A DNA stretch of 64,000 nucleotides from Geosiphon pyriformis uo1 (lineage: Eukaryota; Fungi; Glomeromycota), in assembly GCA_016748015.1 (NCBI GenBank), contig JAAOMT010000299.1:657090-721089 (forward strand), written 5' to 3'. Below are positions 1 to 10,834 of the stretch, one piece after another. The notes under the pieces were generated by a model. It was not told the DNA's origin. It ran no database searches and worked only from the letters and a program-made list of their open reading frames with translations. A program made the translations under genes and the position numbers. The first letter of the stretch is position 1, and the number at the start of each line of letters is the position of its first letter.

Positions 1-92
1 GGCTTACAATTAAGGAGACTGTATTACAAGCTGCTGATTGCCTACCAAAGAAGAAAGTAGGAGCCTGATCTGCACACACAAAGAAAGAATGC

Positions 93-1141
93 ATGAATCA
101 CAAGCTTGTTAAGATTGTTGCTGATATAATCAAACAAATAAGAGTAAACAATGCAGATATGCATGATAACAATGTTTTGCAGTTGTTGGCTAAATGGAAA
201 CAGTTGAAACCTGAGACAGTTAGTGCATATCTGATGACTCTTCCAAAGAATGAGCTTATTACAGAATTACTCAATATTAAGAAAGAATACAGATCAACAC
301 TGCATGCTAAGATCAGGATACAACAACAGAGGCAGATAGTGGACAATATCATCAAAAGACAACAAAACTTCAATCTAAACAAAGGAGCTATAATCAAAAG
401 CATTCTGAGCAGAAAAAAACAAAGAATTGTACTGGATTATGTCATTAAAGAAGGTGAATTTCATGATAATCCTGATGAAATTAAAAAGCTAGTAAACAAA
501 AAAGCCCAAGGGTGGACTAGAACAAGAATCCTTGAGCCTGATCTATGGAAAAGTTGGGAACACAGATTTGAGCCAATTAAAAGCATTCCAGACCATGCCT
601 TTGATGGTGTAATGGATGAAATAACTAATGAAGAATTTAAACACATATTGAGCCACACACCCCATAACAAAGCTTCTGGTCCATCAGGTATTCAAGCTGA
701 ACTATGGAAGAAGGCTGGGCCTAACACCAAGTCTAAACTGAAAACATTGCTCAGCACTTGCATTAAAGCAGCAAACATGCCTGAGGAGTGGAGAGTTGCA
801 CAGGTTATACTGATTTCAAAGCCAAAAGAATGGGGTGGCAATATTGACATCACCAGGCTGATTACACTCATTGAGAGCACCAGAAAAATCTTAACAAAGA
901 TTCTAACTGCAAGAATATCAAAAGCATGTGAACTCTACAATGTTCTAAAAGGTTACAATATCTCAGTATTAAAGAATACCTCCACAGCAGTGCCAATTCA
1001 TGTGATTAATGCTGTTGCTGAACATGCAAGAGAATTTGGTAATGAGGCCTGGTTTACATTCCAGGACATGAAAAAGACATATGATTCAGTGGGATGAAAA
1101 CCCATGGAAGCTGCACTAAAGAGAATTAAGATAAACAATAG
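93..1141 (+). pseudogene. LINE-A ORF2, linker and N-terminal half of reverse transcriptase
   Basis: ORF 93..1097 carries non-LTR RT motifs; TGA at 1095 replaces the Trp of DSVGW. Confidence 0.9.
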
Positions 1142-1780
1142 TGTTATGGATTGGTGTAACAAGTTAATGGATAGCAAGGAAGAACAGGATTGTAGGGTGA
1201 TGGAAATAATCAAAGGGAATTCAACTTCAAAGAGCAAATTGAATGAGTATGAATTCAATGTGTGAGATCAGTCTCATAAAATATCTCAGTCACTATTCTT
1301 TTCAAAGGTAACTGGGGAATCTGAAGATAGAAGAATAGTCCGTACTGTCAACAAATGATCACACTTGGTATAATTCTATGCCTCATGTTGGCACTCTTAG
1401 AATTTAATATCAAGTATTAGATGTGCTCTTCAGTTGCGTTTTATTCAATAATCTTCAAATGCTACAATTATATACGTTAGGAAAAGGCCAACAAGTAATT
1501 TTTTATCTTTAAAATGTTTAGATACTTGAAGGTAGGGAAAGAGAAATTAGCAATAAGAGAAGAATTGAGGTGAAAGTTGTTGTTTTATTTATTCTTGATT
1601 ATTCAGATGCTTGTTATTACATGTTTTTCTACAGCTGAAAAATTCATTGCTTATATAGCTATCAAAAGTGGTCAATGATTAAGTCAATGATTACTATCTA
1701 AAAATAGAGTGACTAATTATGTGACATCAGTGGCTGATACATGTGATAATAATTAAAAACTATGAGATTCAACCATAACA
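1142..1780 (-). repeat. 3' LTR of G1a
   Basis: TGTTATGG...CCATAACA; direct repeat of 8030-8717; preceded on the minus strand by PPT GGAGAGGATGA (1781-1791). Confidence 0.95.
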
Positions 1781-2511
1781 TCATCCTCTCCAAAGAGATT
1801 GAGCTCTGGCAAAATCAAACTATTTATGAAGTATTCTAATTGAAGTGTTTTATCTAACTCAAAACTAACTAGTTTGTTAAAGTCTTTTGTGGATAAGGTG
1901 TATAATACTTGGGGCGAAATGAGCTTTGTATCCAAGAGACCAAATCTTTGTATAAGAGTTTTGGCTCTTCTTGCAATGGTCAAAACTCTTGGGACATCTA
2001 AACGTATAATGCCCAAAATTTTCACTTGTATCTCTGAAGTTGTTTTTTTCATGAGCTTCATTTCTTCTATGATTTCACCAAGATGACCATAGAATTCTAG
2101 TTGCCTTCCATATGACAAGTTTTTGTCTATGAGCAAGATTTTCTTAATCGTTTTTCCAATTGTTATGGAAGGTGTAAGTATTGCTGCTGTTATACTTTCT
2201 AGCACATATTTATCCATTTTGCTACCAATTTTTTCTCTTCTGATAGTTGTTTTCTTTGGTCTAATAACAGTATGTGTTCCACTGTTGTCAGTTATGGTGG
2301 TCTGTTTTCCAATGATCAAAGTAGCATTTGGATAATTTTTGATCCAATACTCATGGAGAGTATAGAAAGTATTTTGGATGTTTTGATCCAAAAAATAATT
2401 GTTTATGTCAATTGAAGATACCTCTGTTTTGGGAATAGTGTATTTATTTATATCTGATTTTTGCTGATTATTTGGGTTGGTATTACCACAACAGGTAACC
2501 AATCAGGTCAT
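1753..2511 (-). CDS. G1a ORF3, protein of unknown function (~250 aa), near intact
   Basis: Open 249-codon frame between integrase and the 3' LTR, reading through the PPT; homologous in copy b (21186-21516 + 23966-24395); likely ATG at 2511 overlaps the integrase stop. Confidence 0.7.
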
Positions 2512-3748
2512 TTGTAATATTTTTTGAGTCATGTACTATAAACAGAACGATTATTGAATATTGTTTCAGATTGATCTTGAAGAATATAAGAACCATTGTT
2601 CAAAACTTTGTTGACTATAAAGGGTCCTTTCCACTGGCTAGAGAATTTATCACCATAGACATTGTCTCTGTCTGAATGGTATTTTAATACCAAGTCACCA
2701 ACACTTAAAGAAAGTGTTTTATAGGTTTTCTTCTTTTTAAGCTTTTCTTGAAACTGTTTTATCTTTTTAAAAGCAACTATTCATGCTTTTACCAAGGAAT
2801 CAAGAATAGTACCAAGTCTTCTTTGTAATTTGCTATTGTGATCTCTTCAAAGGGTATTGTCTCAATGTTAGTTTCTATTGGTAGTGTTGCCATGCGTCCA
2901 TAGAACAGATAAAAAGGTTCATAACTTTTTATGTTATGATTCACAGTTCTATAAGCAAACAAAGCTGAAAGCAGTACTTTGTCCCATGAATTTGTTTCTT
3001 CACTGGTTTTGGCTAGGGTTTCACACAATATTCTATTGAAATGTTCCACTAAGCCATTTGTTTGAAGGTAATAAGGAGAGGAGAGTTTATAATGTATTCC
3101 CATTTTTCTACACAGTTCTTCAACCAGTGTACTGAAAAAAGCTCTTCCTCTATTAGATAAAAGTTCTCTGGGGCAGCCATGACAGCAGATGATATCTTCA
3201 TAAATGAAATTGGCTATTAAGACTGCTGTTTGGTCTGGAGTGGCTCTTGCTTCTACCCACTTTGTAAGATAGTCGGTAGCTGTAATAATGTATCTGTTGC
3301 CATCAGGAGTTATTGTTAAAGGTCCAACAACATTTATACCAATTCTGTCAAATGGTTGACCAACAGAGATTGGGTGGATATCTTCTTTGCGATTGGGTTT
3401 TCCTCTTCTTTGGCAAGTGTCACAGGTTTTGATGTATTCAGCAATGTCTTTTCCTAAGGTAGGCCAATAATAGTGAGCTAAGGTTTTCTGAATTGTTTTA
3501 GTCTTTCCAAAATGTCTAGCTAATGGATCAGTGTGCATGTTATAAATCACAATTTCTCTTTCTTCAAATCTAATAACTTTCTGAGGGTGGTCAGGATCTT
3601 TTCTATTTCTTTTGTATAATTGGTTCTGGCAAATCAAATAAAAATTTGATTGTTTGTGCAAATGTTCTCTTTGCTGTTGAGTGTAGTTTGGTGGATATTG
3701 TCCTTTACCCAAAAATTCCATTAAGGCAGAGTAGTTGTCCAAGTCCAT
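2508..3748 (-). pseudogene. G1a integrase (own ATG)
   Basis: H..H..YYWP..CDTCQ zinc finger; PFDRIGINVVGP, TDYLTKWVEA, QTNGLVEHFN core; C-terminal GPY/F-like WKGPF. Confidence 0.92.
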
Positions 3749-3811
3749 TATTGTGTTTAGTTGTGGAGAAGTTACTAATAATTAGGTTGGTTTGGTTAAA
3801 AAGTTGTGCTA

Positions 3812-6464
3812 TTACTGGATAGTAAGTTTGGAGAGAGCATTGGCATTTTGATGATTAGCTTCTTTGCAGTGTTGAATGTTATAGTCAAATTCATCCAGAT
3901 GGAGTATTTAGCAAGTTATCCATTTATGTTCCAAACCAAAGCTTGGTGATCTGTTACTACCAGAAACTTCACACCAAGAAGATATTTATTCAAGTAGCTG
4001 GTAGCCCAGACTACTGCTAAGCATTCTTGTTCAGTTACTGAGTAGTTCTGTTCAGCCAGAATAAGTGTTCTACTGGCATATGCTATGGCCATCTTCATCT
4101 TTCTGGGATAGAACAGCACCAAGTTCATAGCCAGATGCATCAATATGAAGGATGAAAGGTTGATCCAAATCAGGTTGCTTGAGAATAGGTTCTGTAACCA
4201 GTTTTTCCTTAAGGGTTTCAAATGCTTTCTGTTGATATGTACCCCAATAATAATTGACATTTTTCCTGAGTAGCTGATTAAGAGGAAAGGCGATTTTGAA
4301 GAAATCTTTAACAAATTTGCGATAATAGGAGGCCAAACCAAGGAAAGAACATAATTCATAAACATTCATTGGTTGTCTAATGTTCTGGACTTTTTCAACT
4401 TTGGCTGGATCAAGAAAGATTCTATCTTTTGTAATAAGATGGCCAAGAAATTGGGTGGATTGTCTTCCAAAGAAAAATTTGATTGGGTTGATTTTGAGGC
4501 CAGCATTTCTAAGGAGGTCAAAAACCTTTTGCAGGTGTTCAAAGTGTTCATTCCAGGTTTTTGAATATACCATTATGTCATCCAAGTAGATCAGAACAAA
4601 GTTTTCTTTCACTGATTCAAATACTTTGTCCATTAAGCATTGAAAGGTGGGAGGAACATTGGTGAGACCAAAAGGCATGAGTGTGAATTTGTATGTGCCA
4701 TACTTGGTGATGATGGCAGTTTTCTTCCAACTTTCTGGATTCATCTCTACTTGCCAGAATCCAGCAATTAGATCAATGGTTGAGAAGAAAGCAGCATTTT
4801 TGAATTGATCTAGCATTGCATCAATCTTGGGAAGTGGGTACATGTCTCTTTCAGTGATGGCATTTAATTGGCAGTAGTCAACACAAAAGTGTAGGGTTCC
4901 ACTTTTTTTGAATACTACTACAACTGGGAAAGCCCATTCACTCTTGGCTTCTTGTATGAATCCAAGTTCTTTCATCCAGTTTATCTCTTTCTTGATGAAC
5001 TCATCATTGTGGTGATTGGATTGATATGGCTTTAAATGAATAGAGTAAGTTTCTCTAGTGGTGATGGTGTGTTGTATCACATGGGTTCGTCCAGAGGGTT
5101 CACCTTCTTTTGAGATAACTGGACTGTTTCTAGCCAGCAGGTTTTCAATGTCTATTTTTCTTTCTTCAGGGGAGGGTTCTCTTTGTTTTACAACTAGTGA
5201 TTGGGTTTGAGGTGGTTCATTCTCAAAGGACTTTTGTACTTCTTTCAATTCTTCTCTAGGTATCAAACTGATTGGTTCCCAATCTTTGTAATAGATCAGG
5301 CATGATTTGCATTCATCACTTGGAGAATACAGGGTTGGTTGCACCAGCACCAAGCACAAGGGCTATGTCACCAATAATGGTACTTGGCTTTCTTGCCAGA
5401 TTTTTGGTCAAAGGTTCTTCTAAGGATATCATAGTAGGGCCAGCAGATCAGCTTGCCATTTACAATAATTTTTTCTCTGTTAGCTTTGACATTGTCTAAT
5501 GGTTTGCCATTGCTGGTGAAAGTAGTATAGGCAAGTTCAGCAGTTTCTTCTTGTTCTTCTTGTTCTTCTTCTTCATCACTCTCTTCATCATCTGATTCCT
5601 CTGATTGTTCTTTTTCCTGGTTCTGCTTGGATACTGGGGGAGTTGTCCAATGGTGGCACTTAACCACAATGTGTTTTTTACCACATCTGATGGTTAGTTC
5701 ACAAAGTTCATAGTTGAATAAGGCTTTTGCTTTCTTGAGTCACTCATTGCCAACAATGATGGTGTACTCTTTTGCTTCAGATACTTCCATGTCAGTTTCA
5801 ATGCTGATGCCATTGATGTGGACAAAAACAGCTTTGGCTATACCAAGCCCTTTCTTTTTGTCACCATGTATGTTGGTCATTGGTCTAGTTGAGGGTTCAT
5901 CAATCTTTCTTCTAATGGCTTCCAGAAAATGTTTGGCAATAACGCTAACAGATGACCCACTATTTAGGATCAAATCAATAAAGTAACCAGCCACTTGTGC
6001 TTTATAAATTAGAGGAGTGACATTGCTATTGTCAGCAAATCCAGCTTGGCGAGGGTGCTTGTTAGTCTTTGGTGTTTTTTTCTTAGGAATTAAGGATTTA
6101 CAAAGATCTTTTCTGAATTGTGGATGGGTCATCAATTGGCCAAAAGTAATATGAGCTGGGGTTTCCATGAGATCTTTTACAACAGAATATAGACCAGATT
6201 TTTGTACAATTTCTGGGGGTTCTAACTTTGGAGGATTTTTAAACACTTTAGCCTTTGGTGGCTCTTTGTTATCAGCAGTTAATGTAGATGCTTTGTTTGG
6301 ATCTAAAATGAAATCAACCCTGGCTTTCTTCTTCTTTCTTGTTGTTTCTGAGATGTTGATTGCTAGTTCATCCATGTCATGATCATCATCAGTTAAATTG
6401 AAAGCATAAAAGGGGATTTCTTCTGATTGGCTTGCACTCTCACCCTTTGGAAGTGCGCCTACCA
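3812..6464 (-). pseudogene. G1a pol: aspartic protease, RT, RNase H
   Basis: LILNSGSSVS (copy b has LDSGS), [59 protein letters not shown]. Confidence 0.93.
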
Positions 6465-6473
6465 GTTTAAAGG

Positions 6474-7977
6474 CTAATAAACAGTGGCTTCAACTAAGAG
6501 ATCCTCTCTAAAGAAATTAATGTTGACATGATTAGGTCTTTGATTGGGGGCATTGTTGTTAATGGGTCTGTTGTTTTGATTATCATTCTTTCTGGGAGCT
6601 GGAGGGGGTAAAAGAGGATTGTTGCAATCTCTTGAGAAATGTCCAGTTAATCCACAGCAATTACACACAGGTGGGCCACGATTTTGTTGTCTTTCATAAG
6701 ATGGTTGCTGAGGCTGATTGAAGCGTGGCTCAAATCTGGGTCTTTAAGGTTGCTGGTTATCTCTGACTGCTTGGGCTAATGGTTCTAATAGCCAAGCAAA
6801 ATTTGCTGTGAGTCTATCTATCAACTGTTCATTTGGGTCTTGAGTTTGGGCAGCCATAACAGGAGCAGGAGCAAAAACTGGAAGTGTAGATCCATGATGC
6901 ATTCTTTGATTGTCTTCTATTTGCTGGGCAAGTTCAATGGCCATATCTATTGTGGGATTATCTTTCAGGGCCAGAAGGGGCCAAAGAGCATATGAGAGAT
7001 CAGTTCTCAATCCTTTTGTAAAGAAATGAATCTTTTGCTCTTTTGTCCAATTTCTACCAGTCTACATGTTTGATTAGTTTTCTGATTGCTTTAGCATATT
7101 CAGTCACAACTTTACCAGGACTTTGGGTTCTTCTTTCTAATTCCATACACCATTTAGAGATTAAGATGGGAGTTCTGAATTTCATTTCAAACCAGGTAGT
7201 AAATGAGGTGTTATCTTCTCCAGCATTTGCCAGTGTCCACCTAATAATTCTTTGCTGGGCATTGACATTGGTTTCTTGGGAAAACCAAGTAGCAGGAGAG
7301 CCTTGAAGGTAGCCACCAACAATTTGGAATTTGTATTCATTATCATATTGGTTTGCAGTGGCAGCTCTTTCAAAATCATCCAGCCATTCAATTGGATCTT
7401 GTGTGTCACCTCTGAATAGTAGTAGTGGAGTATTATTTCTTCTTCCCAAGGCAGTTTGTATACCTTGGAGGGCGATCAAAATGTTTTGTTGTATAGGGTC
7501 TTGGGCCATTGGTTCAGGAGTAACTGTTTGTGTAGAATTTTCTGATTCACTTGAGAAGAGATTAAAAACAGAAGCAGTTTGGTAACTTTCTTCTTCTGTT
7601 TCAAGGGGAGTTTCAACTGATTGATGGATAGTAATCCAAATATGGATTTGATGATTCAGATGATCAAAATCAGGGAGCTGTTGTTCAAAGATTATTGAGT
7701 ATAAAAGTTTGTTGATGCTATTGTTTCTTTCTTTAAAGTTATCTTCAAAATAAGCTTGGTCAAAGTAATAGGTTGTATAAGCTGTGTAGATTTCAGCTGA
7801 ATGCTCGTTTAGAAACCAGTTCCAAAAGTCTTGGAATTGTCTACTAGATTGTTCTTTAAGGGGAAAACAAATCAAACAGGAGGACAAAGGATTGAGTTCA
7901 ATAAAGTCTAGATCGTTTCTGTTGTGTGCTTCAAAGTGTTCTTCTGATTGTTGTGGCAGGTATGAATAATTACCCAT
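6474..7977 (-). pseudogene. G1a gag (capsid-like domain and CCHC zinc knuckle)
   Basis: FRGDTQDPIEWLDDFERAATAN, QSPGKVVTEYAKAIRKL, CNCCGLTGHFSRDC; broken by stops. Confidence 0.88.
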
Positions 7978-8006
7978 ACAATAGAAAACAAAGTGGATTT
8001 TGACAA

Positions 8007-8023
8007 CCTCACAGGAAGCACCA
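8007..8023 (-). promoter_or_regulatory. Primer binding site of G1a
   Basis: TGGTGCTTCCTGTGAGG on the minus strand, complementary to a tRNA 3' end (..CCTCACAGGAAGCA-CCA). Confidence 0.8.
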
Positions 8024-8029
8024 CTTTTA

Positions 8030-8717
8030 TGTTATAGGTTGGTGTAACAAGCTAACAGATAGCAAGGGAGAACAGGATTGTAGGGTGATAGAAATAATCA
8101 AAGGGAATTCAACTTCAAAGAGCAAATTGAATGAGTATGAATTCAATGTGCAAGATCAGTCTCATAAAATATCTCAGTCACTATTCTTTTCAAAGGTAAC
8201 TGGGGAATCTGAAGGTAGAGGGATAGTCTGTACTGTTAACAAATGATCACACTTGGTATAATTTTATGCCTTACGTCAGCACTCTTAGAATTCAATATCA
8301 AGTATCAGATGTGCTCTTCAGTCACATTTTATTCAATAATCTTCAAATACTACAATTATATACATCAGAAAAAGGCCAACAAATAATCTTTTATCTTTTA
8401 AAATGTTCAGATACTTGAAGGTAGAGAAAGAGAAATTAGCAATAAGAGAAGGATTGAGGTGAAAGTTGTTGTTTTATTTATTCTTGATTATTCAGATGCT
8501 TGTTATTACATGTTTTTCTACAGTTGAAAAATTCATTACTTATATAGCTATCAAAAGTGGTCAATGATTAGGTCAATGATTAGGTCAATAATCAGGTCAA
8601 CGGTCAGGTCATTGATCAGATCAATGATTACTATCTAAAAATAGAGTGACTAATTATGTGACATCAGTGGCTGATACATGTGATAATTAATAAAAACTAT
8701 GAAATTCAACCATAACA
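8030..8717 (-). repeat. 5' LTR of G1a
   Basis: TGTTATAG...CCATAACA; carries extra 12-bp GGTCAATGATTA-type repeats relative to the 3' LTR; TATATAAG on the minus strand near 8540. Confidence 0.95.
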
Positions 8718-10834
8718 ATAGATTTACTGAGCTGTTTGGCTTGATGCACAACAATAGAAGCAATAGGATCATAACTGAATTTGGGTTGAGTGACAAATAT
8801 CAAGTACAAGATGTATTGGATTAGGGGAAAACAAACTCACCCATTATGTAGAGGATTTTCTATGACCTCTTACTGTGTGAAGTAAAACAATCCAATTATA
8901 GTCATGGATACAAACTAACAGCCGATTGGAAAAAGTGAAACAATCAATCAGATACACAAACCCTGTTGGTATCAGTGAATCACCTAGCCTTCGTAGATGA
9001 CACAGTGTGGATAGCTAACTCAAGACAGAACATGCAGAGTATTCTTAACACAGCTAGTTCTTTCTTTAGAATGGTGGATATAGAAATCAACTTAAATAAG
9101 ACTGAAACAATGATGGTCAGACCCTCCAAAGGGAAATCATTGATGATTGAGCCACTAAAATTTGGTCCAAACAAACAAATCTTGAAATTGCTGGATCCAT
9201 CTACATGTACCCAATATCTGGGGGTGTGGATTAGAGCAGATGGAAAAAATGACACTGTTCTAAAAATGATAGGATCTGATATTGAAGCAGTATGTACAGT
9301 TATTAGGAAAAAACACATTACTGAGAAACAGGCCATTTACATTTTTAACAGTGTTCTCAGTCTAGCAATAGAATTCAGATCTTAATTGACCCATATTCCA
9401 AATAGCTGGGCAAGAAAATGGACTTCAAAGATTTTGGCCACTATAAAGAAAAAGGCAAAACTTTCAGTAGATTTCTTAGCCAGCACCATGCATCACTCAT
9501 CTTTGTATAACTTGTTCAAAGTTGAGGATATACAAGCAAAAAGCAAGATCACAGATTTGTTGGTTAGATTGAACAGTACTGATATTGCTGGAATGGCTAC
9601 AAAAATCAGATTAGCCAACTTATAGGCACAAAGATGGTCAGCTCAGAATATACTTGAATACTCCACCAATGAACAATCTAGACTAGACATTAATTTAATA
9701 GCTAATATTATGCAGATTATGGAGAAAAAAGGCATCTCATTCAAGAGCAATGGTAACACACATGGGGTACCCAAATCCTCAAGACCACAAGCATACTTAA
9801 TTGAGACTGTTATACCTTCAGGTACAACTTACACCAAAGTTAGAAGTTTCCTAAGGAAGGAAAACATTTTGTACCTGCATCAGATACAAAAGAAAGATGA
9901 GACATTGATGACATGGATGGACTTCACAAAAAAGTACAGACAAACTGATAGTGGTAAAATTCCCAGATGGTTTAAGATTTTAGAGTCTACAATCATTATG
10001 GATGAATACAGGAACATTAATATAGCACAATGTGAAGTATTAGGGATGCACAAACTAACTGACCAAATACCAAATGATTTTGAAACAATGCAGAAAGATA
10101 CTATTTACATCCATATCCTTAACATGTTATTACCACAATGGAGGGGTGTATGAGAGAAGTTAAGGTTCAGAAATGAAATAGAAATATCAACAGATGGCTC
10201 AATGGCAGAAGCTGGCTCTGAGAATGCAAGAGGAGGGGCTGCTTTTGTAACACATGGGATGGAGGCCGAATTTGGTATAGCAGTTGATGGAACATTATTA
10301 TCAACAAAAACAGAGGCAAAGACTGTGTTATTGGCTTTGAAAGCTGTGCCTTACAAATGCAAACTAACAATAAACCCAGATAGTCAAGCAGTAATATCAA
10401 CAGCTCAGAAATAGTTGTCTAAAAATATATCCTTGTCTGTTAGAAATCAGCTCAAAACTTCAAACTGGCACACATGAAATGCAATCAGAGCAATAATAAG
10501 GGAAAAGAGGATTGATTTCAACATGAACAAAGTGGCTGCTCATACTGGTATATTGGAAAATGAAAAGACTGACAAACTAGCCAAAGAGTTTACCACTCTT
10601 GACACTGTAAAGTGGACCTACAATGCTAATAAGACTGCATATATTCCCTTTTGCAGAGGAGTTGAATTGGATTTAAATATTAAACATTTTCTGAGCAAAC
10701 AGACTATTCTTCAAGCAGCTTTGAATTGGATAGGCAACAACAAAATCCAAGAGACAATAGCATCTTTGGACCAAGATTTAAAACTGGGATGGTAAAATGT
10801 CATCAGGCTTTATCTCAGCTGGTTCATCAGCAAT
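8718..10834 (+). pseudogene. LINE-A ORF2, C-terminal RT and RNase H
   Basis: LAFVDDTVW, INLNKTE, YLGVWI; RNase HI motifs at ~10180-10600. Confidence 0.9.

Larger units (their letters stand above)
1142..8717 (-). mobile_element. Full-length Ty3/Gypsy LTR retrotransposon, family G1 copy a (gag, PR-RT-RH, IN, ORF3)
   Basis: Two homologous TGT..ACA LTRs, 4-bp TSD ATAG (1138-1141 / 8718-8721), PBS, PPT, domain order PR-RT-RH-IN. Confidence 0.96.

Noticed and set aside
1753-2511. ORF3 as retroviral env
   Set aside because: No evident signal peptide, furin/fusion motif or transmembrane anchor
6445-6482. 38-nt GT..AG intron fusing gag to pol
   Set aside because: Removal does restore the frame, but it is very short with a weak donor, and the in-phase slippery heptamer plus stem explains the junction better; not fully excluded
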